A stretch of 21,207 nucleotides of DNA from Candidatus Methylomirabilota bacterium (GCA_046726415.1 JBKPAK010000286.1:1-21207), one strand, 5' to 3'. Positions 1 to 11,883 are shown, counted from the stretch's first letter. A program made the numbers and translations. Notes: generated from the sequence alone by a model not told the origin.

Positions 1-249
1 GGCAAGCGGCGTCCCGCCGGAACTCTTCTGACGGATCGTCTCGTCGTACATGATGGCGCCGCTGATGAACTCGGCGGCGCCCGGCGCGGTGAAGAGCATT
101 TCGCGATAGGCGCGGCGGGTCTGTTCGGTGGACGGGATGCCCAAGGCTTCGAACCGCTTGGTCAAGGTTGGCGCCGTCTCATCGGCCGCCAGAACGCCCT
201 TTCCATCGGCGACTAGCGCTGCCGCGATAACTTCCAGATCATGGCTCAT
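1..249 (-). CDS. Fructose-bisphosphate aldolase class I (eukaryote-like 'Glycolytic' family), 5' part; runs off the window edge
   Basis: Not in the ORF track. Manual translation from ATG 249: MSHDLEVIAAALVADGKGVLAADETAPTLTKRFEALGIPSTEQTRRAYREMLFTAPGAAEFISGAIMYDETIRQK. This carries the class I GKG(I/V)LAADE, RRxYRxxL and ISGxIxxxET motifs. GGAGG RBS at 257-261 (minus). Confidence 0.93.
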   Translation of the reverse strand, partial: MSHDLEVIAAALVADGKGVLAADETAPTLTKRFEALGIPSTEQTRRAYREMLFTAPGAAEFISGAIMYDETIRQKSSGGTPLA

Positions 250-305
250 TGGGATTCCTCCGGGTGCTCCCCAGCCCTCCTGTCGATGTCAGCAGGTTAG
301 CACGG

Positions 306-320
306 GCAACCGCCGTGCCA
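306..320 (-). promoter_or_regulatory. Sigma-54 (-24/-12) promoter of the aldolase gene
   Basis: Minus strand reads TGGCAC-GGCGG-TTGC, an exact match to TGGCAC-N5-TTGC, 56 nt upstream of the aldolase ATG. Confidence 0.7.
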
Positions 321-566
321 TGGCCGTCGCCGAGACGTTGTGCCTTTCACCCGCCGAATTGGGGATGCGGCCGCCCCAGCTAGGGCAGCACCGCCGCCGC
401 TCCGGGCGGGACGCAACCATGGAGCCCGAATGGCGGAGCGTTATCGCGGGTGTCTCGCTCCTGTGCATCGCAGCGACGCTGGATTTTCTAGAGTCGCCGG
501 CGCGCCCCCACTCGCGCCTTTCGAGTCATCACTGCGTCGTCATGGAAAGCTCCACGATGTCGTGCA

Positions 567-586
567 GGCTCCGAAATGTCGGAGCC
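567..586. repeat. Perfect 8-bp inverted repeat between the divergent sigma-54 promoters
   Basis: GGCTCCGA-aatg-TCGGAGCC. The repeat is seen directly; its function (enhancer site or hairpin) is unknown. Confidence 0.45.
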
Positions 587-746
587 AGGCGCGAAAAGCC
601 GGTAAGCCGTGCTCGACGCCGGCCGCAGGGCTCGCGGCACGAAAGCGGACTGGAGCATGGCGCCCCGGTTCCTCGCGACAGCGTCTACCGGCGCCTCCGC
701 ATCCGTCCCTGGCCAGCGATCTCGACGGCCCTACGGCCCGCGAGGA

Positions 747-761
747 TGGCACCTATATTGC
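747..761 (+). promoter_or_regulatory. Sigma-54 (-24/-12) promoter of the pta/ackA-glgX-LOG-glucosidase unit
   Basis: TGGCAC-CTATA-TTGC, 65 nt upstream of ATG 827, which has a purine-rich RBS (AGGGGGGAAA). Confidence 0.72.
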
Positions 762-826
762 CGTCGATCCGCGCCGTGCGAGCGCGCGCGCCCGGGGGCA
801 CATCTGACAGGGGGGAAACATCTAAC

Positions 827-985
827 ATGACCCGTGAGGCGTCAACGCACGCTGCGCGCAACCCCAAGCGGTTTGACAACGCGTCGATTGAGGTGGGCGC
901 GTACGCCGGGATCGCATCGGCGGCCATCATGGCGCTGGTGGCGGATGCGCGGCGCGACACGCCAGCGCCCGCCTGGAGGCGCTGA
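827..985 (+). pseudogene. Probable internally deleted remnant of a phosphate acetyl/butyryltransferase
   Basis: 52-codon ORF whose end (ASAAIMALVADARR) resembles the C-terminal helix of Pta/Ptb-type enzymes. It stops 4 nt before ackA, the usual gene order. The match is short. Confidence 0.4.
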
Positions 986-989
986 GCGC

Positions 990-1316
990 ATGGTGGACGC
1001 GATCGCCGTTCTCAACGCCGGCTCCTCAAGCCTCAAGTTCTCCCTCTTCGCCACGCGCGCTGGCGCCCTCGCCGTCGAGGTACGCGGTCAGATGAGGGTC
1101 TTCACATGGCGCCGCACTTCGTGGCCCGGGACGCCTCGGGCCACACCGTGGCTGAGCGCCTGTGGGGCGAGGGAGCGAAGCTCGGCCACGAGGGCGCCGT
1201 CGAACACCTCACGGTGTTCCTGCGCGAGCGGCTCGCCGGCGACCGGCTGGTCGGCGTCGGTCATCGCGTCGTCCACCGGGGGCCCCGAGTACGCGCATCC
1301 CGTGCGCGTCGATGCG
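990..1316 (+). pseudogene. ackA: Acetate/propionate kinase, N-terminal fragment with frameshifts
   Basis: MVDAIAVLNAGSSSLKFSLF (acetokinase signature 1). After a shift near 1093 it continues to ...LVGVGHRVVH, and after a shift near 1277 to GGPEYAHPVRVDA (GHRVVHGG motif). The rest of the gene is absent. Confidence 0.9.
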
Positions 1317-1461
1317 CGGAGCTGCGAGCCGGTGACATCACGAGGCTGGAGAAGCTCGCCACCGAACTGATGGGGGCGGTCCGGCCCGGGACGGCCGGCC
1401 TCGAAAACGCCGACGGCGACGTCCAGTCCGGCGGCAGGCCAGCCGGCCAGCGGGCCTACCG

Positions 1462-1959
1462 GGGCCCGGTTGTGCGCCTGGCCGACCGACTCAATCGGTA
1501 GCCCGGACATCCATGGCCACGAGAAGCGGGAGCCCGAGCAGAGCGTCAACTTCATCACCTGCCATGACGGCTTCACTTCAAGGACCTGTTCTCTTACGAT
1601 CGGAAGCACAACGAGGCCAACGGCGAGGGCAACCGCGATGGCTCGGACGACAACCGAAGCTGGAACTGCGGCGTGGAAAGGGCCGACCGACAATCCCGGC
1701 TACGAGAAGCAGCGCAATCGCCAGGTGAAGAACTTCCTGACCGCCAGTACCTATTGCAGGACAAACGAGACGAGCTGGTTCGACTGGGCGGTGGTGGACA
1801 GGCATGCGGATGTGCACCGCTTCGTGACCCTGCTAAACGCCCGGCGACTCCTGTGCGACGTCGAGCACGAGAAGGAGCGCGCGAGCCTCAACGAGATGCT
1901 GGGGCGCGCCCAGAAGGCCTGGATGACGTGAAGCTCGGCCAGCCGAACTGGCCCCAGTG
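1462..1959 (+). pseudogene. glgX: Glycogen debranching enzyme (GH13 isoamylase), internal fragment
   Basis: Stitching frames gives RLADRLIGSPDI...[49 protein letters not shown]...[20 protein letters not shown]...[10 protein letters not shown]. There are several 1-nt indels, and the GxPMxxxGDE...GNNN segment is missing near 1748. Confidence 0.9.
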
Positions 1960-1971
1960 TGGCGGTCGCCG

Positions 1972-2501
1972 GGTTATGGCGAAGTGGTCGCCGAGCTGAC
2001 TCTCATCGGTTGCGACATCATCACGGATGGCAGGCCCGGGCTGATGCGAGCGGCCAACGAAGGGGCGCGCTCGGTCGCGGGCGCTGCCTCCGAACGGTCG
2101 GGGGGGCGCGTGAAGCTGTCCTTCGAGCAGGACGTGAACCCCTTCGTGGGCCAGGTGTATGAGCACAAGACGTTCTTCTCCCGGCTGCACCATTTCATGA
2201 TCGCCTCCGATGCATTTGTCGTCGTGCCGGGGGGGATCGGAACGCTGCTGGAGCTGGCCATGGTGTGGCAGCTCCTGCAGGTTCGGAAGCTGCACCGGAC
2301 GCCGTTGATCCTGGTCGGAACGATGTGGAGAGGCCTGGCGGAGTGGGCGCGCACCGCCATGCTTCGTCCTGGCCTATCCCTGGCCGACGCCGAGGATCTG
2401 ACGATTCCGCAGTGTGTCGGCACCGTGGGGGAAACCCTGGCCGTCATTCGCGAGGACCGCGAGGACTGGCTCCGGCAACAGCCGGCTCGCGCCGAGGTGT
2501 C

Positions 2502-2505
<4 letters not shown>
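1972..2505 (+). pseudogene. LOG-family (TIGR00730-like) nucleotide-binding protein, 5'-truncated
   Basis: PGGIGTLLE matches the LOG PGGxGTxxE motif. ITDGRPGLMRAANEGA is a degraded TGGGPGxMxA motif. It lacks the N-terminal strand/GS motif and abuts the glgX fragment. Its stop overlaps the next ATG (ATGA 2502-2505). Confidence 0.8.
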
Positions 2506-5306
<2,801 letters not shown>

Positions 5307-5324
5307 ACGGCCCGACGGCCCGCC

Positions 5325-6186
5325 ATGAACCGGCCGCTGACCCACGCGTGCCTCCTGGCTAGTGCCATGCTTACGGCCTCGGGTTGCGCGAGCGTCGGTC
5401 CCGTGAGCGTGAATCGCGACCGGTTCGACTATGGCCAGGCCATCGCCGGCTCATGAACGCAACAGACGCTGTTCAACATCGTGAAGCTGCGCTATGCCGG
5501 TGCCCCCGTCTTCCTGGAAGTCGGCCAGGTGATCAGCGGCTACCAGCTCGAGGGCGTGGTGCCAGGGGGTGGGACTGTCAACGGGAGCAATCTCCTCACC
5601 TTGGGGACCGCGGGACGCTACACCGATCGGGCGGACGGACCTACTCCCCCCGACCGGCGCCCACTTCCTCAAACCCATCATGGCCCCGATTCCGCCGCCG
5701 GCCCTCTTCCTACTCGTCGAGTCAGGCTGGCCCGCCGACCTCCTCGTGCGGATCGGAGTCCAGACGATCAACGGGATCTCCAATCGCAAGGCCGGGTTCC
5801 CCGGACGTTCGGCGGATCGTGCGTTCGTCGAGCTGCTGGCCGCCTTGCAGCGCATCAGGCCTCGGGAGGGCCCAGGTCATGACCGACCTGCGGGAGGGCA
5901 TAGAGGTTCCCTTGCCGCACCTGGCCAAGCGGCGCACGTACGCGCCGATTCCTGAGCCGGCCGGGGCGCCGCCGGGGCCCCTGGCCCGAATTCATTCGGG
6001 ACGGTCAAGACCGGCCGAGGCTTACACCGCGATCAAGTATCAGGACTACTGGTACTGGATCGACGAGGGGGATTTCCTGGCCAAAGGGATCTTTACCTCC
6101 CTCATGGTGATCATGACCTTGGCGGAGATGGAGCGGAGATGGAGGAGAAGCCTCCGCCAGCCGTGATCACAATCCCGGCGAACTGA
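5325..6186 (+). pseudogene. Uncharacterised lipoprotein, disrupted
   Basis: Signal peptide with lipobox ASGC, then GPVSVNRDRFDYGQAIAGS*TQQTLFNIVKLRY with an in-frame TGA at 5454-5456 where Trp is expected. Frameshifts near 5635-5650 and 5860. An 11-bp tandem duplication (6122-6143), when removed, restores the C-terminus LAEMEEKPPPAVITIPAN*. Confidence 0.75.
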
Positions 6187-6239
6187 GCAATGCCCGGGTG
6201 TTACTCTCATCCATCACCTCAATCCGGGGAGGAAGAGCG

Positions 6240-6842
6240 ATGCAAACGCGAGTTCTGGCCGTCGTGGTGTGTGTTGCTGCCCTGGGGACCTCGGCTCCAC
6301 GCCTCGTCGAGGCCGGGTCCGTGATCGCGCAGGCCACGGGGTCGGAGGGAGCCAAACCGTCGAAGACCGAGGCGCGAACGGTGACCGTGCGCGGGACGGT
6401 CGAGGCCGTCGACAAGGAAAACCGGACCGTCACCCTCAAGGGACCGAAGAGGACGCTGACCCTGGCCGTGCGGGATCCCCAGAAGCTCGACGCGGTAAAG
6501 GTCGGCGATCCCGTTGTTGCCCGGTATTACGAATCGCTGGCCATCCAGGTCCGTAAGGCCGGCCAGGCTACGCCGGGGGCCAGCGCGAAGGAAGCCGTGG
6601 TCAGCTCGAAGCCCGGGGAAACACCGGGCGGCGCCGTGGAACGACAGGTGACGGTGACGGCCACCATCACGGCCATCGACACGAAGGCAAAGACCGTCAC
6701 GGTCAAGGGACCCCAGGGGAACGAGGAGACCGTGAAGGTTCGAGACCCGAAGAACCTGGTCGGCGTGAAGGTGGGAGACCTGGTGGAGCTGACCTACACG
6801 CAGGCGCTGGCCATCGCGCTCGACAAGGCACCGGCGAAGTGA
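6240..6842 (+). CDS. Exported protein with two tandem beta-barrel (OB-fold-like) repeats, 200 aa
   Basis: GGAGG RBS at 6228-6232 and a hydrophobic signal peptide. Internal repeat TVTVRGTVEAVDKENRTVTLKGP...VRDPQKLDAVKVGD...YYESLAI versus QVTVTATITAIDTKAKTVTVKGP...VRDPKNLVGVKVGD...YTQALAI. Confidence 0.85.
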   Translation: MQTRVLAVVVCVAALGTSAPRLVEAGSVIAQATGSEGAKPSKTEARTVTVRGTVEAVDKENRTVTLKGPKRTLTLAVRDPQKLDAVKVGDPVVARYYESLAIQVRKAGQATPGASAKEAVVSSKPGETPGGAVERQVTVTATITAIDTKAKTVTVKGPQGNEETVKVRDPKNLVGVKVGDLVELTYTQALAIALDKAPAK

Positions 6843-6895
6843 CCACCGGCTTGCGTTAGTACGTGGCATCCGGATTCGAAACCCGGAGGGTAGCC

Positions 6896-7372
6896 ATGCG
6901 AAAATCAGTGGTCAACTCGATGGCAATCGCGATGCTTCTTCTCGTGCCGCTGACCGGCTGCCAGACGGTCAGCGAGAGCCCGAAGACCGCCATCGGAGGC
7001 TTGGGCGGCGCCGCCACGGGCGGGCTCATCGCCGCAGCCGCCGGGGGAGGCGGCGCGGGGATCGCGGCGGGGGTGATCGGCGGGGCCCTCCTCGGTGGCC
7101 TGGTCGGCAACCTGCTGGACCAGCGCGACAGGGAGCTGCAGGCCAAAGCCGCCTCCCAGGCGCTTGAGAACACGCCGTCGGGGAAGCCCGTGGCCTGGCA
7201 GAACCCGGACAACGGCCACGCGGGAACGATCACGCCGACCCGCACCTACCAGACGGCTCAGGGAGCCTACTGCCGCGAGTACCAGCAGACGATCACCATC
7301 GACGGCAAGAAGGAGAACTCGTACGGAACCGCCTGCCGTCAGCCAGACGGCAGCTGGAAGATCGTCAGCTGA
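6896..7372 (+). CDS. 17-kDa surface-antigen-like glycine-zipper lipoprotein (RT0821/Lpp0805-like)
   Basis: GGAGG RBS and lipobox LTGC. Glycine zipper IGGLGGAATGGLI...GVIGGALLGGLVGNLLD. C-terminal WQNPDNG...YCREYQQTITIDG...YGTACRQPDGSWKIV domain. Confidence 0.9.
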   Translation: MRKSVVNSMAIAMLLLVPLTGCQTVSESPKTAIGGLGGAATGGLIAAAAGGGGAGIAAGVIGGALLGGLVGNLLDQRDRELQAKAASQALENTPSGKPVAWQNPDNGHAGTITPTRTYQTAQGAYCREYQQTITIDGKKENSYGTACRQPDGSWKIVS

Positions 7373-7374
7373 TC

Positions 7375-7830
7375 ATGCGAAACACCGAGGGCGATCCCAC
7401 GAATACTCGTCGACGCGGATCGTTTACTGCGCTCACGGGGTTGACCGTGATCGTCGCGGCCTACATGGTGGGCGGCGCAGGCCCGGCGGGGGCGCAGCTG
7501 CCGTCGCCTCAAGAGTTGCGCCAGCAGTTCCAGGAGACCGACCGAAACGGCGACGGCAAGCTCGACCGCGAGGAGTTCCACCGCCGGTCGGTCGAGCTGT
7601 TCTACTTCCTCGACAAGGACCGAAAGGGTTACCTAGTGCTCGTGGACATCAAAGGCCTGACTCCGGAAGACTTCAAGGCGGCCAACCGGAAGGCCGACGG
7701 CAAGCTCACTCTGGACGAATTCCTCAACGCCCGCTTCCGGCACTTCGACCTCGCCGATACCAACGGCGATGGGGTCCTGACCCTCGAGGAGATCGAGGTG
7801 TACGTGAACCGCCTGCGTGCACAACCATAG
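7375..7830 (+). CDS. Exported EF-hand calcium-binding protein, 151 aa
   Basis: Signal-like N-terminus ending AGA. Loops DRNGDGKLDREE and DTNGDGVLTLEE are canonical; DKDRKGYLVLVD and NRKADGKLTLDE are degenerate. Confidence 0.88.
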   Translation: MRNTEGDPTNTRRRGSFTALTGLTVIVAAYMVGGAGPAGAQLPSPQELRQQFQETDRNGDGKLDREEFHRRSVELFYFLDKDRKGYLVLVDIKGLTPEDFKAANRKADGKLTLDEFLNARFRHFDLADTNGDGVLTLEEIEVYVNRLRAQP

Positions 7831-7884
7831 CCGGCCGCTGGTGCCCCGGTCAGCCTGATCGTGCAGACCCCCGACGCCAATCAG

Positions 7885-8293
7885 ATGAAGGGGTCGTCGC
7901 AGGTGCTGTCTCGCGACACTCGCGCTGGGCTGCGCTGTCATGGCCACAGAAACCCGCCCTGGCCGCAGCTCCTGGGGTGCCAGGAGCTGCGGCCGCTCTT
8001 CCTCCGGACCGACCGGGACCGTGACGGCACGATCAAGCGGGAGGAATTCTACCGGCAGTCGGTGGAGCACTTCTACGTCCTCGACAAAGACCGGAAGGGC
8101 TACTTGCTGCTCGAGGACATCACGGGGCTGCCGCCCGAAGACTTCGAAGTGGCCAACCGGAGGGGGGATGGCAAGCTCACCCCGGACGAGTTCATCAATG
8201 CTGCTGCCGTTCGACCGGACCGACAGCAACGGCGACGGCGCGCTGACGCTCCAGGAGTTCGAGTTCGAGACCTACGTGAACCGCATGCGCTGA
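7885..8293 (+). pseudogene. Second, decayed copy of the EF-hand protein
   Basis: QELRPLFLRTDRDRDGTIKREEFYRQSVEHFYVLDKDRKGYL...KLTPDEFINA is collinear with the upstream gene. A frameshift near 8205 leads to FDRTDSNGDGALTLQEFEFETYVNRMR*. No intact signal peptide; the 5' boundary is approximate. Confidence 0.82.
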
Positions 8294-8295
8294 AG

Positions 8296-9087
8296 CCCGG
8301 CGGCGGCCACGAACGTGGGCATCCCAGTCGTTGTGGGTGATCACGTCGTTGACGATGGTGCCGGGCTTGATCACTCCAGGCCACTTGACCGGCGGCCGGA
8401 CCGGTGGGCGCGCTCGAGGAAGTCCAGGCAGGCGGCGAGGAACTCCTCGTCGGCCGTCTCCATACGCTTCCTGGTGAGTGGACCCGTGTCCTGGATCCTC
8501 CCGTTGGCAAACGATAGGATGACTCCGCTCGGGCCGTACTTCCCTCGGAATTCGGGATCTTTAGGGTAGTAGTACGTCTCCGGCTCATCTTCGGCGTTTT
8601 CAGGTGATAGAGGTTGCCGAAGAAGAGGTCGAAGCGGTAATTGGTGGGCAAGTGCTGGTCCCGGTCACCAAAGTGGTTCTTACCGAATTGCGCCGTCCGT
8701 ACCCCTGCGCTTTCATCAGGTCGGCGATGGTCGGCGTCCAGTCGGGGATGCCGTGCCGCGATCCGGCATGCCCATGGTGAGCATCCCGGTGCGGAACGGA
8801 TGTTGGCCAAGCATGAACGCGGCCCGCCCGCCGTGCACGACTGCTCGCCGTAAGAGTCGCTGAAGAGCGCACCCTCTCGCGCGATTCGGTCGTTGTGGGG
8901 CGGTGCGGTAGCCCATGATGCCGTGGTTGTAGGCGCTGATGTTGTGCACCCTGATGTCATCGCCCCAGATGACCAAGACGTTGGGCTTCCCCGCCTGCTG
9001 CGCCGAGGCTGAGGCGACCGAGGCGAAAAGCGCCGCGGCGATGGCCACGATCCCGGCGATTGCCGGCGTCACGTTCTGTGTGCACAT
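8296..9087 (-). pseudogene. Arylsulfatase (Cys-type formylglycine sulfatase), frameshifted, internally deleted and 3'-truncated
   Basis: Signal peptide, KPNVLVIWGDD, EQSCTAG/R (CxxxR motif, frameshifted near 8827), QFGKNHFGD, FFGNLYHL and IQDTGPLTRKRMETADEE. It then jumps near 8390 to KWPGVIKPGTIVNDVITHNDW.PTFVAAAG. GAGGGGG RBS. Confidence 0.92.
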
Positions 9088-9169
9088 CTGCCAATCCCCC
9101 TCATCGGCGGCGCGAATTCAGCGGGGTTTGACCGAGGCCGAACGTAGCGGGGCTGGCCGGGGCGGGGCC

Positions 9170-9186
9170 ATTGGACGTTGGTCATA
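9170..9186 (-). promoter_or_regulatory. Candidate response-regulator operator, copy 1 (upstream of arylsulfatase)
   Basis: Minus strand TATGACCAACGTCCAAT, followed 23 nt later by -10-like TACGTT (9146-9141). Matches the copies at 15105 and 15863. Confidence 0.55.
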
Positions 9187-9325
9187 GAGCTGGAGCGGCC
9201 TCGCACCGCGGCGAGGCAGATTGCCTGCATCCGGTGCATGAAACTGCGGGCCGCGCAATGCTTGACCACGACGCCGGCCCGTCGTATGTCGCGAGAACTA
9301 CAGTCCCAGTTTCTGGGCCTCCGAG

Positions 9326-9340
9326 TGGCACGTCAGTTGC
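9326..9340 (+). promoter_or_regulatory. Sigma-54 (-24/-12) promoter upstream of the sensor pseudogene
   Basis: TGGCAC-GTCAG-TTGC, intergenic and oriented toward the ORF starting at 9427/9463. Confidence 0.65.
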
Positions 9341-9462
9341 GCACTTTTCGGCGTCTTTGGCGAGGCGCCGCTGTCACGCCGCACACTGTTGGCCGCAGGG
9401 GAGGTCAGTCGAGGCCGTAGCGCCCCTTGGTCGAGAGCTCCGGATGGAGGGACGGTGGTCGA

Positions 9463-11883
9463 GTGACCGACGGGGACGCGCCTCACAGATCGACGGCCGG
9501 GTGGAGCCAGCGGTCGCCCCTCCTTGCCGCGCTCGTGCTCGGGGTGCTCGTCGCGGGGGGATCGCATCCCGCCAATGGCGAGGCGCCGCCGCCTTCGGGG
9601 AACCCCATTGCGTCCGCTCCCGACGAGGGTCCTGACCGCGAGCGGCAACGCCACGTCCTGATCCTTTACACCGAGCCGAGGCTTACCCCAGCCATTATCA
9701 CTGCAGACCAGGCGCTACGCACGACCCTTCAGGGGCGATGGCCTGGCTCGATCGACTTTTACACCGAGTATCTGGACCTGTCCATGTTTGAGGGCGATGC
9801 GCCGGAGCGCGAGCTGTATGACCTTCTGCGCAAGAAGTACGCCCACCGGCCGCTCGATCTGGTGGTGGCCGCGGGCAGTCGCGCCCTGCGGATCGCCCTC
9901 CGCTCCCGCCGCGAGCTGTTCTCGGGGGCGCCCATCGTGTTTTTCGCCGTCGACCAGGCGGCCGCCGCCGATCTCGAGCTCGACGACCGCGTCACAGGGG
10001 TCTGGCTGAATCTCGACTGGCGCGGAACGCTCGATGCCGCCCTCCGTCTCCAGCCTCGGACGCGACGGGCGGTCGTGGTCGCCGGAACCTCGCCAATCGA
10101 CAAGATCTGGCTGGGGGCGGCCCGGCAGCAGCTCGCGGTCTATCAGGGCCGGGTGGAGATCAGTTATCTCACGGACCTCTCCATGGCGGACATGCTCGAG
10201 CGGATCACGGCACTCCCGGTCCACACCGTGCTCCTCGCCGGAACCGTCTGGCGCGACGCTGCCGGACGAGCCTTCATCCCCCGAGACGCGCTGAGACAGA
10301 TCGTGAGCGTTTCTCCGGTTCCCGTGTACGGCCTCGCCGATACCGTCGTCGGCGCCGGCATCGTGGGCGGACGCGTCGTGAGCTACGAATCCCAGGGAAC
10401 GCGGGCCGCCGAGCTGGGGCTCCAAGTACTGCGCGGAGGCTCGCCGGCACCAATCGGTGGCGGGACGAATGTCTACATGTTCGACTCGCGTCAGCTCCTG
10501 CGCTGGCGACTCGACGAGCGTCAGTTGCCCGCAGACAGCGTGCTCGTGTTCCGCGAACCTTCGGCCTGGGAACGCTATAAGTGGTACATCGTGGCGGCCG
10601 CGATCATGCTGGGGTTCCAGACCGCCCTCATCACCGCGCTGCTCGTCAATCGCGCCCAGCGGCGGCGCGCCCAGCGAACGCTCGCCGAGCGCCTCAGCTT
10701 CGAGACGCTTCTGTCCAAGCTGTCGGCCAGCCTTGGCGCCCAGCCCGCCGGCGACCTCGACCGTCACATCGACCGCGCCCTGCATCGCATGGTGGACGCC
10801 CTCGACCTCGACCGGGCTACGCTTGCAGAGTTCGGCCAACCCCACGACTGCGCCCACGTCACCTACTCGGCGGCGCGGGAGGATGTCGCTCCCCTCCCCC
10901 ACGCGATCGCGTCGATGGAGTTCCCGTGGATCCAACGGCGCCTGCGCGAGGGGAACATCGTGCGCTTCGCCCGGGTCAGCGACCTCCCTGATGAGGCGGT
11001 AACCGACCGGCGCACCCTCGCCACACTCGGAACCCGCTCGCTGGTCTCGGTTCCCCTCATGGTCGGCGGCGCCGTGGTGGGCGCTATGTCGTTCGCCACC
11101 CTCCGAGCCGAGCGCGAGTGGCCCGACGAGCTGGCCCCGCGGTTGCGCCTGCTCGGCGAGGTCGTGGCCAACGCGCTTGCGCGACGGCACGCCGAGCACG
11201 CCGTGCGCGAGAGCGAGAAGCGCTTCCGCCGGATGGCCGACAGCGCGCCGTTGATGGTGTAGCTGTCGGGATCCGACGGCCGACGCACGTACGTCAACCG
11301 GCGGTGGCTCGATTTCACGGGACGGCAACCCGAGGAGGAACTCGGGGACGGATGGCTGGCCAGCATCCATCCCGACGACCGCGAGGCATCGGCGAAGATC
11401 GTTGACGAGGCGCTGGCCGAGCGCCGGTCGTTCACGATGGAGTACCGGTTGCGCGGCGCCGACGGCGAGTACCGATCTGTCCTGGAGCACGGTGTGCCTC
11501 GGTTCGGCGACGACGGGACTTTCGATGGCTGCGTGGGCTCGGCCATCGACGTCACCGAGCTGAGAAACGCCCAGCAAGCGCTCGTCGAGAGCGACGCCCT
11601 GCGCAGCGCGATCTTCGGCTCGCTGAACGGCCGGGTGGCGGCCATCGACCGAGATGGCGTCATCATCGCCGTCAACCGGTCTTGGGCGCACTTCGCCCAC
11701 GAGTACGATGACGACCCGAACCGCACCGCCGTGGGCGCCAACTACCTCGACGAGTGCCGCCGCACCACGGCCCACGGCGAGCCTGACGCGTGCCAGGCTT
11801 GGAAGGCGATCGTCACCGTGCGCGATGGGGACGCCGAACACGTCGAGCTACCGTGCGACAGGCCGCCCGACGGAGCCCCATGA
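9463..11883 (+). pseudogene. Sensor kinase-like gene (periplasmic ABC substrate-binding-like domain, TM, GAF, PAS, PAS) with a nonsense codon and no kinase core
   Basis: Signal/TM, periplasmic domain (FYTEYLD...SPVPVYG...GIVGGRV...YMFDSRQLLRW), TM and GAF. Then MADSAPLMV*LSGSDGRRTYVNRRWLDFTG, with TAG 11260-11262 at the usual PAS Trp and the frame continuing to 11883. No HisKA or HATPase motifs follow. Start is GTG 9463 (GGAGGG upstream) or TTG 9427. Confidence 0.85.

Noticed and set aside
128..826. 285-aa and 155-aa plus-strand ORFs across the first intergenic region
   Set aside because: They overlap the aldolase and/or the sigma-54 motifs, and are Arg/Pro/Ser-rich with no motifs. Only 827-985 was kept.
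2265..2501. N-terminal extension of the glucosidase in the ORF track
   Set aside because: It overlaps the LOG reading frame; ATG 2502 with the ATGA coupling is the better start.
6864..6878. TGGCAT-CCGGA-TTCG as a fourth sigma-54 promoter
   Set aside because: It lacks the -12 GC and lies too close to the RBS.
7405..7425. TRRRGSF as a Tat signal in the EF-hand protein
   Set aside because: Poor fit to S/T-R-R-x-F-L-K; the export route cannot be called.
5454..11262. Two in-frame stops at expected Trp positions (TGA 5454-5456, TAG 11260-11262) suggesting recoding or readthrough
   Set aside because: They are different stop codons, each one G-to-A change from TGG. Both genes have other lesions, and intact genes here end in TGA and TAG while using TGG for Trp.
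9715..11841. 708-aa minus-strand ORF
   Set aside because: Antisense shadow of the sensor pseudogene.
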